Source: Macrostomum hystrix (taxonomy: Eukaryota > Animalia > Platyhelminthes). Taken from it: a stretch of DNA of 64,000 nucleotides. This document shows positions 41,919-64,000 of this stretch, piece after piece. Each line of letters opens with the position of its first letter. Positions within the stretch are counted from its first letter, which is position 1. Below the pieces are notes generated by a model, which made no database searches, was not told the DNA's origin, and saw only the letters and a list, made by a program, of their open reading frames with translations. The DNA lies in contig CATNEN010000033.1 of the NCBI GenBank assembly GCA_950097015.1, forward strand, positions 3,658,001 to 3,722,000. The letters run 5' to 3'. Both the position numbers and the translations under genes were made by a program.

Positions 41919-44900
41919 ATGCCCGGCCGCGTGCGCTCAGTTGCCATAGCAACAGCTGGCATTGGCGCAGCCGTAGCGGCAGCCGTGTCGAGCTCTTCAA
42001 TCGGTCCACCGCAGAACGCCGGCTGGTTCCGCTTCGCCAACACCGCCAGGCACGGCGCCCTGGTTGCCATGGACTACAAGCTCAGCCTGCTGCTGTTGGC
42101 CGAGGACTCGCCCGAGTACGACGCCGCCCTGCACCGCTGCCACGCGCGCGCCGCAGATCGCATCCTGGCTGGCTGCCTGCAGAACGGCGGCCTCTATATC
42201 AAGCTAGGCCAGGGCCTGTGCGCAATGAACCACATCCTGCCTGTTGAGTACGGCGCCCGCCTCCGGCTGCTGCAGAACGAAGCGCTGAGGCGAAAGAAGC
42301 ACGACCTGGACCAGATCTTCGCCGAGGATCTGGGCGGCTCTCCGGAGACCACATTCGCCAGCTTCGACCGCAGGCCCTGCGCCTCGGCCAGCATTGCCGA
42401 TGTGCATCGGTTAGGCCTGGGTATTGTGCCGGGGCAGCTTGGGATCATTCCATACCACCAAATCCAATACCATCCAATTTCGTTCCATCCATCCATAAAA
42501 TCCCATCCCATCCCATCCCATCCCTTCCCTTCCTTCACCATTCCCATCCAATTCCATTCCCATCCCATCCCATTCGCATCCAATCCCATTCCCATTCCAT
42601 CCCATTCCCATCCAATCCCTTTCCCATCCAATCCCATTCCCATCCCATCCCATTCCCATCCAATCCCATTCCCATACAATCCCATTCCCATTCCATCCCA
42701 CCCTATCCCATTCCCATCCAACGCAGGCATACGCTCACACAGGACTTTCTCATCGTCAGGCAGTGTACACTTTCACTATGCCTTGGAGGTCGGCCCTCAA
42801 GGTCGTAAATTGCACGACCAGCCCCCAAGCCTTCTCTCCGCGACTGCGCACCAAATGAATGTGGCCTCACCGCGAAATCGAGCTCAGGGACCTTGGTGCG
42901 AGAGGCAAACGCGTTAACCGCTCTGCCACATCCCCTTCTGTCCTATCACATTCCATCCTGTCCCATGACTTCTCATCCCATTCAAACAAGCTATTCTCAA
43001 TCGATCCCTATAGCGCCGTGACCCACACCGGCCAGTCCGTGGCCGTTAAAGTGCAACACGGCGATCTGCGCGGCCGCTTCCACGCAGACATTCGAACCCT
43101 GGAGCTGCTGCTGCAGTTTGTGGGCATGCTGCATCCAGACTTCAACTTCTCCTGGGTGCTAGCCGAGCTCAAGGACACCTTGGCTCACGAGCTGGACTTT
43201 GAGAACGAGGCCGCCAATGCCGAGCGGTGCGCAGCCGACCTCAAAGGATTGGCGGCTGTGCCTCGCATCCACTGGAGTCTCACCAGCAAGAGGGTGCTCA
43301 CAATGGACTGGATTGACGGCGTCAAGGTAAGCTTTAGACTGGGACAATATTAGCAGTAGAAAGATCACGGCATTTTTCCATCTCGTTGAAGACCGTGGGG
43401 GCATTTCAAATACCAACTGCTACACGATAGCTCCCAAACCGAATGACCGATTCTCGTGTAAGTCCCCAATATGGGGAAATGATGGTGCGGAAAATTTTAG
43501 AAAGTGTTCTGCATTTTCAAATACTAATCAAGAGATATATTATTTCTAGTAGTAGACTAGGTAGATTCACAAGTTGGTATTTGAACTTCCCCCCGATGGT
43601 CTTTCTACTATTAAGAGATAAGGGGTGCAGGAAGAGTAGATGCGGAGTGGGAGAGAGTAGATACGGAGTTGAAGAGTAGATGCAGTTTGGGAGAGTAGAT
43701 ACGGAGTTGGAGAGAGTAGATGCAGAGTGGCAGAGTAGATGCGGAGTGGCAGAGTAGATGCAGAGTGGTAGAGTAGATGCAGAGTGGGAGAGTAGATACG
43801 GAGTGGGAGAGTAGATACGGAGTTGGAGAGAGTAGATACGGAGTGGTAGAGTAGATGCAGTGTGGGAGAGTAGATACGGAGTGGTAGAGTAGATGCAGTG
43901 TGGGAGAGTAGATACGGAGTGGTAGAGTAGATGCAGTGTGGGAGAGTAGATATGGAGTGGGAGAGTAGATGCAGTTTGGGAGAGTAGATACGGAGTTGGA
44001 GAAAGTAGATACGGAGTTGGAGAAAGTAGATACGGAGTTGGAGAAAGTAGATACGGAGTTGGAGAAAGTAGATACGGAGTTGGAGAAAGTAGATACGGAG
44101 TTGGAGAGAGTAGATACGGAGTTGGAGAAAGTAGATACGGAGTTGGAGAAAGTAGATACGGAGTGGAGAGAGTAGATACGGAGTTGGAGAAAGTAGATAC
44201 GGAGTGGTAGAGTAGATGCAGTGTGGGAGAGTAGATGCAGAGTGGTAGAGTAGATGCGGAGTGGCAGAGTAGATGCAGAGTGGTAGAGTAGATGCAGAGT
44301 GGGAGAGTAGATACGGAGTGGGAGAGTAGATACGGAGTTGGAGAGAGTAGATACGGAGTGGTAGAGTAGATGCAGTGTGGGAGAGTAGATACGGAGTGGT
44401 AGAGTAGATGCAGTGTGGGAGAGTAGATGCAGAGTGGTAGAGTAGATGCAGAGTGGGAGAGTAGATACGGAGTTGGAGAGAGTAGATACGGAGTGGTAGA
44501 GTAGATGCAGTGTGGGAGAGTAGATACGGAGTGGTAGAGTAGATGCAGTGTGGGAGAGTAGATGCGGAGTGGCAGAGTAGATGCAGAGTGGTAGAGTAGA
44601 TGCAGAGTGGGAGAGTAGATGCAGAGTGGGAGAGTAGATGCAGAGTGGGAGAGTAGATGCAGAGTGGGAGAGTAGATGCAGAGTGGGAGAGTAGATGCAG
44701 AGTGGGAGAGTAGATGCAGAGTGGGAGAGTAGATACGGAGTGGGAGAGTAGATACGGAGTGGGAGATAGATGCGGAGTAGAAGAAAAGATAAGAAGAGTG
44801 CAAAGGATTCCCTAATCGGCAGATAAACGACAAGGGCGGCATCCAGTCATTGGGTCTTTCGCTTCGCGACGTCGACAGCCAGCTGGTCCGCGTCTCCGCG

Positions 44901-46820
44901 CGCCAGATCTTCGAAACAGGCTTTGTGCACGCTGATCCGCATCCGGGCAACATCCTGGTGCGCCGTTCTCCACGGCAACCCAACAAGCCGGAGCTGGTGG
45001 TGCTGGATCACGGCCTGTACCAGCGGCTGAGCGAATCGGAGCGGCTCGGGCTGGCCAGGCTGTACTCTGCCGCGCTGTGGCAGGACGAGGTGGCGGCCAA
45101 GAAGTTCGCGGCGGAGCTGGGCGTGTCGGATTATCGGACTCTGTGCGAGATCCTGCTGCAGCGGCCCATGTTCAGTGGGTCCGGGGCTGCCAGGTAAGAG
45201 AGTGGAGTAGCAGCCGAAACATTAGGGTAGCAACAGACACATTAGGGTAGCAACTGATACATTAGGGTAGCAACAGACACATTAGGGTAGCAACAGACAC
45301 ATTAGGGTAGCAACAGACACATTAGGGTAGCAACAGACACATTAGGGTAGCAATCGACACATTGGGATAGCAACCGAAATATTCTGTTGCAGCCTTCGCA
45401 GCTGCTGACATCGATTTAATTCAGCATCAAATCCAATTAGCATTCCATAATGTCTGCAACTTCCCCTACCCGGCAGGCGCCTGTTCCGCGTGCACCATAT
45501 GACCCCCGAGGAGCGGCGCTACATGGTGCAGATGGCCTCAGAGCGCTTCGACCAGATCATGGCCACGCTGCGACAGATGCCCAGGTCACTGCTGCTGTGC
45601 ATTCGTAATATGAACACCGTGCGGTCTGTGCTGCAGGTGAGCTGGCGCCGTTACTGCCTCTTACCTGATCTTTCTCCCCAACTGTCCCCCTCTCCTCTTC
45701 AACTGTCTCCCTCTCCCCCCCAACTGTCTCCCTCTCCCCCCCCAACTGTCTCCCTCTCCCCCTCCAACTGTCCCCCTCTCCTCCTCAACTGTCCCCCTCT
45801 CCTCCTCAACTGTCTCCCTCTCCTCCTCAACTGTCCCCCTCTCCTCCTCAACTGTCCCCCTCTCCTCCTCAACTGTCCCCCTCTCCTCTTTAACTGTCCC
45901 CCTCTCCTCCTCAACTGTCCCCCTCTCCTCTTTAACTGTCTCCCTCTCCCCCCCCAACTGTCTCCCTCTCCCCCCCCAACTGTCTCCCTCTCCCCCCCCA
46001 ACTGTCTCCCTCTCCCCCTCCAACTGTCCCCCTCTCCTCCTCAACTGTCCCCCTCTCCTCCTCAACTGTCTCCCTCTCCTCCTCAACTGTCTCCCTCTCC
46101 TCCTCAACTGTCTCCCTCTCCTCCTCAACTGTCTCCCTCTCCTCTTTAACTGTCCCCCTCTCCTCCTCAACTGTCCCCCTCTCCTCTTTAACTGTCTCCC
46201 TCTCCCCCCCCAACTGTCTCCCTCTCCTCCTCAACTGTCCCCCTCTCCCCCCAACTGTCTCCCTCTCCCCCCCCAACTGTCTCCCTCTCCTCCTCAACTG
46301 TCCCCCTCTCCCCCCAACTGTCTCCCTCTCCTCCCCCAACTGTCTCCCTCTCCTCCTCAACTGTCCCCCTCTCCCCCCAACTGTCTCCCTCTCCTCCCCC
46401 AACTGTCTCCCTCTCCTCCCCCAACTGTCTCTCTCTCCTCCCCCAACTGTCTCCTGTTTTTCCTATTAATCTCCCCAGATTCCCGATAGTCCCCAATCTG
46501 TCTTTCATATCCCCCATCTGTTTCCTCTCTCAATGCCATCCTCGCATGCCATCCCCGGGCCGCAGGATCACGGTCACCCGGTGAACCGCTACCCCGTGAT
46601 GTTCGCCGCCGCGCTGCGTGGCCAGTTCCCGGACCGTCTGGGCTGGCGAGACAGCGTCCGCCTGGCCTGCCTGCTGACCGCGGCCTGGCTGCGGCTCCTG
46701 GTCGACAGGCTCGTGTCCGGCCTGGTCGCCCTCTATCTGGCCAGGTTTGTAGCTGATGAAGCTCGCGCCGTGATGGCCAAGACGGCCGACCAGGCCAGCC
46801 AGGCTTTGGGCGGAGTCTGA
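41919..46820 (+). CDS. ADCK5: AarF/ABC1 (UbiB) family atypical kinase ADCK5, 529 aa
   Basis: join(41919..42409, 43014..43326, 44823..45193, 45477..45636, 46566..46820) = 1590 nt, phase-consistent; [50 protein letters not shown]; the KLGQGLC signature points to the ADCK5 subfamily. Confidence 0.92.
42440..42720. repeat. Degenerate (CCATC/CCATTC)n array in ADCK5 intron 1
   Basis: Direct inspection. Confidence 0.88.
42743..42935 (-). mobile_element. tRNA-derived SINE-like element, copy 2, in ADCK5 intron 1
   Basis: Minus strand GGGGATGTGGCAGAGCGGTTAACGCGTTTGCCTCTCGCACCAAGGTCCCTGAGCTCGATTTCGC...; collinear with 2083-2244. Confidence 0.72.
43635..44780. repeat. 19-21-bp purine-rich minisatellite (GAGAGTAGATACGGAGTGG) in ADCK5 intron 2
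   Basis: Direct inspection; explains ORF 43517..44986. Confidence 0.95.
45205..45385. repeat. 20-bp tandem repeat (ATTAGGGTAGCAACAGACAC) in ADCK5 intron 3
   Basis: Direct inspection. Confidence 0.9.
45670..46455. repeat. ~21-bp pyrimidine-rich minisatellite (CAACTGTCCCCCTCTCCTCCT) in ADCK5 intron 4
   Basis: Direct inspection. Confidence 0.93.
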
Positions 46821-47149
46821 GTGAGGCCCGCCTGAATTTGCTGTGCATTTTGCTGATCTCCGATGCAAGGATGGCACAACTGGCTGCCTGGACTCAAATA
46901 GAATGTCTTTCCTGTCACCTTTGGGACTCAGCGAATATTAGCATTCTAGTAGTATTATTGTTGTGCATACTGCTATTAAATTGAATCGAGTACACAAAAT
47001 CGTGCTACCTACCATTTTTAAGTCTATACTTGAGCACAAGTTATATTGAGTTTACGAAAATAATTCGCAAGTGCCTAATTTGTTTTTCTTATTATCTGCC
47101 GTCACAGCACTACAATCTGAATCTCATATCCCTGTAACCCAATACAAAA

Positions 47150-47375
47150 TCTGTGCTCAATCCCTTACAAAGTCACTGCTCAATCACTTTCAGAATCACT
47201 GCTCAATCCCATACAGAAATCACTGCTCAATCCCATACTAGAAATCACTGCTCAATCCCACATAGAAATCACTGCTCAATCCCACATAGAAATCACTGCT
47301 CAATCCCACATAGAAATCACTGCTCAATCCCACTCAGAAATCACTGCTCAATCCCACATAGAAATCACTGCTCAC
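47150..47375. repeat. 24-bp tandem repeat (AAATCACTGCTCAATCCCACATAG)
   Basis: Direct inspection. Confidence 0.9.
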
Positions 47376-48349
47376 TATCTGCCTAAAATCCCTACTAAAT
47401 TCCACTCTGAATTCAGAACATTTACATGCTACTCGCAGTAGACAGTGGAGCCGAACGCAACTGTGACAGCCTGGGAGATTTTCTAAGAAGCTCGAACTGT
47501 TGGAGTGGGGCAACGGAATTAGTTTACCTGTCTTTTATCTTGCGGTTGCTAAGCTAAACTTTCTTTTTAAAAAGGAAGAAAGTGGACCAGGCTTTGAACT
47601 TGTGTTCACTCGCCCTGGCAACTAAAATTGTGCAGCACTGAGAGTGGGGGATCAGCGCTCGGCTCTCCGGCTAATCTTAGTGAATTCGTCGTGTTCCCCG
47701 CCCGCCTTGTTTGTGTTTACCCCCCTGGGTCTGCTTCGATAGCCGCTTCTGCCGTGTGCCCGGCTCCCAGTTTAAACACACTGGGATCAGTATTGCCATC
47801 CCCGAGGGCTGGGATAACAGTCAGCGAGTCCGGACACGATGGAAACAATTCCCAGCTCCCCGTGCGGCTTTCAAAGAAAGAATCTCTAAAAGCGGCAGGC
47901 AGATAGGCCATCAATCAATCATCCTTTTGGCTGGATAATATCCCACCATCAACCTGGCCGATCTGCAGCGGCTGCGTGTCTGCGCGAGCTTTCACAATCC
48001 ACTCTAGGCGCAGACTTTAAATCTGGGATTTTCGGGAACAATGAGAACAGTATCAGTTTGAAACTCTATTGCTCCGAGCGCTGAAGAGCCCTGCCTTACC
48101 TGAGGCACAAATTGCAAATTTGATGGTCTTTGCAAAAAGACTTGGACGGTCAGCAGTAGAGAGAAGTTTTTCAGAAGCTATAATAGCTCGTACGTATCGG
48201 GAACCGCAGCTGGAATCATTGCCAAGGGAGGGAGTCATGACAGGAACTATTGGACCCGCAGCTAGAATCGCAGCAGGAATCGAAGCTAAAATTGAAACGG
48301 GGAGCGTTGCTAAAATCATATCAAGAATCGAAGCTAGAATCGCTGTATA

Positions 48350-49720
48350 AGAGCCGCAGCTAGAAACTGATCAGGAATCGAAGCTAGAACCGCAGTAGGA
48401 GCCGCAGCTAGAAGTCTGATCAGGTATCGAAGCTAGAACAGCAGCTAGAAGTCTGATCAGGTATCGAAGCTAGAACCGCAGCTAGAAGTCTGATCAGGTA
48501 TCGAAGCTAGAACAGCAGCTAGAAGTCTGATCAGGTATCGAAGCTAGAACCGCAGCTAGAAGTCTGATCAGGTATCGAAGCTAGAACCGCAGCTAGAAGT
48601 CTGATCAGGTATCGAAGCTAGAACAGCAGCTAGAAGTCTGATCAGGTATCGAAGCTATAACCGCAGCTAGAAGTCTGATCAGATATCGAAGCTAGAACCG
48701 CAGCTAGAAGTCTGATCAGGTATCGAAGCTAGAACCGCAGCTAGAAGTCTGATCAGGTATCGAAGCTAGAACCGCAGCTAGAAGTCTGATCAGGTATCGA
48801 AGCTAGAACCGCAGCTAGAAGTCTGATCAGGTATCGAAGCTAGAACAGCAGCTAGAAGTCTGATCAGGTATCGAAGCTATAACCGCAGCTAGAAGTCTGA
48901 TCAGATATCGAAGCTAGAACCGCAGCTAGAAGTCTGATCAGGTATCGAAGCTAGAACCGCAGCTAGAAGTCTGATCAGGTATCGAAGCTAGAACTGCAGC
49001 TAGAAGTCTGATCAGGTATCGAAGCTAGAACCGCAGCTAGAAGTCTGATCAGGTATCGAAGCTAGAACAGCAGCTAGAAGTCTGATCAGGTATCGAAGCT
49101 AGAACCGCAGCTAGAAGTCTGATCAGGTATCGAAGATAGAACCGCAGCTAGAAGTCTGATCAGGTATCGAAGCTAGAACCGCAGCTAGAAGTCTGATCAG
49201 GTATCGAAGCTAGAACCGCAGCTAGAAGTCTGATCAGGTATCGAAGCTAGAACCGCAGCTAGAAGTCTGATCAGGTATCGAAGCTAGAACCGCAGCTAGA
49301 AGTCTGATCAGGTATCGAAGCTAGAACAGCAGCTAGAAGTCTGATCAGGTATCGAAGCTATAACCGCAGCTAGAAGTCTGATCAGATATCGAAGCTAGAA
49401 CCGCAGCTAGAAGTCTGATCAGGTATCGAAGCTAGAACCGCAGCTAGAAGTCTGATCAGGTATCGAAGCTAGAACTGCAGCTAGAAGTCTGATCAGGTAT
49501 CGAAGCTAGAACCGCAGCTAGAAGTCTGATCAGGTATCGAAGCTAGAACAGCAGCTAGAAGTCTGATCAGGTATCGAAGCTAGAACCGCAGCTAGAAGTC
49601 TGATCAGGTATCGAAGATAGAACCGCAGCTAGAAGTCTGATCAGGTATCGAAGCTAGAACCGCAGCTAGAAGTCTGATCAGGTATCGAAGCTAGAACCGC
49701 AGTAGGAGCCGCAGCAAGAA
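48350..49720. repeat. 37-bp minisatellite (GCTAGAAGTCTGATCAGGTATCGAAGCTAGAACCGCA)
   Basis: Near-perfect units; spacing checked 48481 to 48518. Confidence 0.96.
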
Positions 49721-50199
49721 GTCTTGGCTTGAATTTGCTGTCTGACTTAGTCGCACAGGACCTGGGCTAATTGACAAGTTCCATTGTTATCCTGTCTGTT
49801 TAGCCGACAAACGAGTACAGGCTATGGTTACAGAAGGCGCGAGTGAATCTTATTCCAGGAAAGGATTATTGCCTGGCAGGTCGCTGGCGGGTTTAATTAG
49901 CCGCCTCCCATCCGATCAAGGCTTAACTGAATCTCCACATATCGCTCACCTGCTCCGCCCAGTTTCAATCACGCCAATCTATTGCAGAAGCTCTTTTACA
50001 ACTCCGTTTCGGGGAGGAAATCCAGATCTTTTAGACTCGAAAATCTGCTTCATTTGGCATTTTTTCGCACAGAATTAAAGTCAAAGTTGCACCTGGCTCA
50101 GCTGTACATCCAGTGAAAGAGCCGCAGCTATTGTGCGGTGCATCCGAAAGCCGCGAAGGCCAATTCATGGACTGGGACAGTAGTCCGAAGCCCAACAAC

Positions 50200-52590
50200 T
50201 TGCCATAATCCTCCCAGATCCCAAGGCTTAGTCATAATCCTCCCCGATCCCCAGGTTTAGCCATAGTCCTTCCAGATCCCCATGCTTAGCCATAGTCTTT
50301 CCAGATCCCCAGGCTTAGCCATAGTCCTCCCAGATGATCAGGCTTAGCCATAATCCTCTTAGATCCCCAGGTTTAGTAATAATTATCCCAGATCCCTAGG
50401 CTTAGCCATAATCCTCCCAGATCCTCAGGCTTAGCCATAGTCCTCCCAGATGATCAGGCTTAGCCTTAATCCTTCCAGATGATCAGGCTTAGCCATAGTC
50501 CTTCCAGATCCCCAGGCTTAGCCATAATCCTCCCAGATCCTCAGGCTTAGCCATAATCCTCCCAGATCCTCAGGCTTAGCCATAGTCCTTCCAGATCCCC
50601 AGGCTTAGCCATAGTCCTCCCAGATCCTCAGGCTTAGCCATAGTCCTCCCAGATCCTCAGGCTTAGCCATAGTCCTCCCAGATCCCCAGGCTTAGCCATA
50701 GTCCTCCCAGATGATCAGGCTTAGCCATAATCCTCTTAGATCCCCAGGTTTAGCAATAATTATCCCAGATCCCTAGGCTTAGCCATAATCCTCCCAGATC
50801 CTCAGGCTTAGCCATAGTCCTCCCAGATGATCAGGCTTAGCCATAATCCTTCCAGATGATCAGGCTTAGCCATAATCCTCCCAGATCCCCAGGTTTAGCC
50901 ATAGTCCTTCCAGATCCCCAGGCTTAGCCATAGTCCTTCCAGATCCCCAGGCTTAGCCATAATCCTTCCAGATGATCAGGCTTAGCCATAATCCTCCCAG
51001 ATGATCAGGCTTAGCCATAATCCTCCCAGATCCTCAGGCTTAGCCATAATCCTCCCAGATCCTCAGGCTTAGCCATAATCCTTCCAGATGATCAGGCTTA
51101 GCCATAATCCTCCCAGATCCCCAGGTTTAGCCATAGTCCTTCCAGATCCCCAGGCTTAGCCATAGTCCTCCCAGATCCTCAGGCTTTGCCATAATCCTTC
51201 CAGATGATCAGGCTTAGCCATAATCCTCCCAGATCCCCAGGTTTAGCCATAGTCCTTCCAGATCCCCAGGTTTAGCCATAGTCCTTCCAGATCCCCAGGC
51301 TTAGCCATAATCCTTCCAGATGATCAGGCTTAGCCATAATCCTCCCAGATCCCCAGGCTTAGCCATAGTCCTTCCAGATCCCCAGGCTTAGCCATAATCC
51401 TCCCAGATCCTCAGGCTTAGCCATAATCCTTCCAGATGATCAGGCTTAGCCATAATCCTCCCAGATCCCCAGGTTTAGCCATAGTCCTTCCAGATCCCCA
51501 GGCTTAGCCATAGTCCTCCCAGATCCTCAGGCTTTGCCATAATCCTTCCAGATGATCAGGCTTAGCCATAATCCTCCCAGATCCCCAGGTTTAGCCATAG
51601 TCCTTCCAGATCCCCAGGTTTAGCCATAGTCCTTCCAGATCCCCAGGCTTAGCCATAATCCTTTCAGATGATCAGGCTTAGCCATAATCCTCCCAGATGA
51701 TCAGGCTTAGCCATAATCCTCCCAGATCCTCAGGCTTAGCCATAATCCTCCCAGATCCTCAGGCTTAGCCATAATCCTTCCAGATGATCAGGCTTAGCCA
51801 TAATCCTCCCAGATCCCCAGGTTTAGCCATAGTCCTTCCAGATCCCCAGGCTTAGCCATAGTCCTCCCAGATCCTCAGGCTTTGCCATAATCCTTCCAGA
51901 TGATCAGGCTTAGCCATAATCCTCCCAGATCCCCAGGTTTAGCCATAGTCCTTCCAGATCCCCAGGTTTAGCCATAGTCCTTCCAGATCCCCAGGCTTAG
52001 CCATAATCCTTCCAGATGATCAGGCTTAGCCATAATCCTCCCAGATCCCCAGGCTTAGCCATAGTCCTTCCAGATCCCCAGGCTTAGCCATAATCCTCCC
52101 AGATCCTCAGGCTTAGCCATAATCCTTCCAGATGATCAGGCTTAGCCATAATCCTCCCAGATCCCCAGGTTTAGCCATAGTCCTTCCAGATCCCCAGGCT
52201 TAGCCATAGTCCTCCCAGATCCTCAGGCTTTGCCATAATCCTTCCAGATGATCAGGCTTAGCCATAATCCTCCCAGATCCCCAGGTTTAGCCATAGTCCT
52301 TCCAGATCCCCAGGTTTAGCCATAGTCCTTCCAGATCCCCAGGCTTAGCCATAATCCTTTCAGATGATCAGGCTTAGCCATAATCCTCCCAGATGATCAG
52401 GCTTAGCCATAATCCTCCCAGATGATCAGGCTTAGCCATAATCCTCCCAGATCCTCAGGCTTAGCCATAGTCCTCCCAGATCCCCAGGCTTAGCCATAGT
52501 CCTCCCAGATCCCCAGGCTTAGCCATAGTCCTTCCAGATCCCCAGGCTTAGCCATAATCCTCCCAGATCCTCAGGCTTAGCTACAATCCT
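50200..52590. repeat. 29-bp satellite (CAGGCTTAGCCATAATCCTCCCAGATCCT) with 348/696-bp higher-order repeats
   Basis: Variant TTTGCC at 51185, 51533, 51881 and 52229. Confidence 0.96.
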
Positions 52591-53175
52591 CTCGGATTTC
52601 TCACCTCGCTACACCATCTTTCCATTCTGGTTCGCAATCCTCTAGAAAATTGAAATTCAGCACCCAAAGATTGACAGCTTGAATTAACAATATTTGTTTT
52701 TTTATTTCGCAGCAGAATTCTGGGGAGTCTTTGCATCGGATCTGCGTGCTCCATCTGCTTTTAGGGGTGAAAAAAACTAGTCCAGTGGTTTCCATGGAGT
52801 GACTGGCAGAAGTTGCTCAGCAGGATTTTTTGCTACATGGCGCGCTTTAAGGAGTTAAAACAAAATCACGAACTAATTCAAAATTAATTTACTTATATTC
52901 GCCAAAGTAAATGTGTTACGGCACTACTGTCCGTTTCTAGGAAATGAAAATCAACAAATAAAACATGGGCAAATCAATTTAAACAGATCTGTGATGCATA
53001 GCTGCTGCTGCTACAGTTCAAGAATAAATGGAATTTTCGACAAGTCTAGAATTGAAACACTGAATGCGCTGATATGAACAAAGTCATAGGCATGACAGAA
53101 ATTGAGCAACAGCTGCTTTTCTGTTTGACAATACCTGTTCTAGTAGCTGCTAGATGGTAACAATGCTAAAATATT

Positions 53176-62452
<9,277 letters not shown>

Positions 62453-62559
62453 CCCAGCTGTGCAACTTCGCAATCGCAGCGATGCTTTTCAACCTTGAAG
62501 TTTGATCCTACAAATAGCGGGGAGGGATTATAGACTCCCAGTCGGCAGCAGCTGTGGGA

Positions 62560-62650
62560 AATTCTCCCATAGCGTGTGGCCGGTGGGGTCCCAGCTGCCA
62601 CGCTCTCTGATTGGTCCAGACAACGGCTTAGCCAATGACAGCTGCCGCAG
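62560..62650 (-). promoter_or_regulatory. Candidate proximal promoter of the Ig gene with two CCAAT motifs
   Basis: CTGATTGGTC (~62587) and TTAGCCAATGAC (~62627) lie about 130-190 bp upstream of the ATG; position and motif only. Confidence 0.3.
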
Positions 62651-63254
62651 TTGGTAGCTCAACAGAGACCAAATCCCATGCCTAGAGGCAAAAGCTGAAT
62701 GCCCAATCATCCGCAGTCTATTGAAATTATCCCCAACTTTGGAATAGGAGCCTAGGATAAAGGATCGCTTGAATGCATCCCCAAATATATCGGCTCGCCT
62801 GCTGGTGTGCTGTTTGCCTTACAGCCAATTATGGCTCAGATTGGTAGCTGTTATGGCGGTGGGAGGGCTTTATTAACAGCGCTTGCTGCTACGCGGCTCG
62901 ACCACTACACATTTTTATAGCCTGACTGGCTAGGGAACAAGGCGCTTTCATTGATAAAGCACTGGGTGCCACTCGTGCGATATTCAATGCGAAAGTATAG
63001 AAACTGCGGCCAGTCACTATCTGTTATTTTTATGACATTTTTCGCGCTACTGATGCACGCAGTTGTTGCCATGCAAATCTAGATTAACTTCGCGCTAAAG
63101 GCGCCAACTTTCACGTTCTGCGATCTGAAGATAATAGAATAAGAACAACAGACACTGAAGCATTTGTTTGGGTGATAAATGGCTGTGAAGAGAAATGTGA
63201 GAGGAAGGAAGTGGAAAAATGAAAGCATAAAAGGAGACAGGAAAAATGGAATCA

Positions 63255-63385
63255 GAGGAGGGAGGGAAAGGAAGAGAGGCAGAGGAAGGGAGGCAGAGGA
63301 GGGGAGGGAGAGGAAGGAGGCAGAGGAGGGGAGGGAGAGGAAGGCCGGGAGGCAGAGGAACGGAGGGAGAGGGAGGGAGGCAAAA
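63255..63385. repeat. GA-rich low-complexity repeat
   Basis: Direct inspection. Confidence 0.8.
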
Positions 63386-63402
63386 GGGGTCAAAAGAAGG
63401 GA

Positions 63403-63735
63403 GGCATGTCACTCAAAGAGTCACTCTGCCGCATGTCACTCCATCAGACGAGTCACTCCGCCGCATGTCACTCCATCAGACGAGTCACTCTGCCGCATGT
63501 CACTCCATCAGATGAGTCACTCTGCCGCATGTCACTCCATCAGACGAGTCACTCTGCCGCATGTCACTCCATCAGACGAGTCACTCCGCCGCATGTCACT
63601 CCATCAGATGAGTCACTCTGCCGCATGTCACTCCATCAGACGAGTCACTCCGCCGCATGTCACTCCATCAGATGAGTCACTCTGCCGCATGTCACTCCAT
63701 CAGATGAGTCACTCTGCCGCATGTCACTCCATCAG
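63403..63735. repeat. 32-bp tandem repeat (CATGTCACTCCATCAGACGAGTCACTCTGCCG)
   Basis: Spacing checked 63432 to 63464. Confidence 0.94.
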
Positions 63736-64000
63736 CATACGCAAATTACTCATAGTATTGCCTCAGAGTATTATGTGTCTGTGATCTGGTGTACTTACCA
63801 GCTGCCGGCATGCATCATTATCTGTTCAGCTCACAGCCTAGGGGCTGGACCCGCTCCGATCTATAAAGATCATCGGCCTGCTCAAACTCAGCCCTGCCTC
63901 CTGACATTTCTGCTACTTTCGTCTTTAACTGCCTCGTGTGCCTTCGCTCCTCAGTTTGGGTTGGGGCAAATTATATTTATTTGAGTCCGTTTCTATGCTC

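Noticed and set aside
42392-42410. ADCK5 SIADVHR instead of the usual SLAQVHR as a sign of a pseudokinase
   Set aside because: The catalytic K (VAVK), HADPHPGN and DHG motifs are intact; one substitution is not enough evidence.
42860-42935. Functional tRNA gene
   Set aside because: Acceptor, anticodon and T stems do not pair well and the B box is non-canonical; better explained as a SINE head.
48053-48350. Overlapping 88-93 aa ORFs next to the 37-bp array
   Set aside because: Largely made of degenerate repeat precursors; no recognisable motif.

Overview
Eukaryotic (animal) genomic DNA with spliceosomal introns, not prokaryotic; the long ORFs in the track are almost all artefacts of tandem repeats. 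The GC/CpG-rich exons, CAG-encoded poly-Q/A runs and minisatellite-stuffed introns resemble the flatworm Macrostomum (inference only). I reconstructed five spliced genes by hand with phase-consistent GT-AG junctions: a MYND-finger gene (-, partial), an hnRNP F/H-like gene with four qRRMs (-), MAGI (+, 5' exon missing), ADCK5 (+), and a three-Ig IgLON/lachesin-like gene (-). Between hnRNP F/H and MAGI lies a transposon cluster. It holds a 429-bp MITE, three non-autonomous Helitrons (two inserted head-to-tail inside the third, each carrying the same two satellite arrays), and a complete but CpG-decayed Merlin element with TIRs and an 8-bp TSD. A tRNA-derived SINE-like element occurs twice. About 25 independent tandem arrays are present, several with higher-order repeat structure. 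No CRISPR array, rRNA or canonical tRNA was seen.
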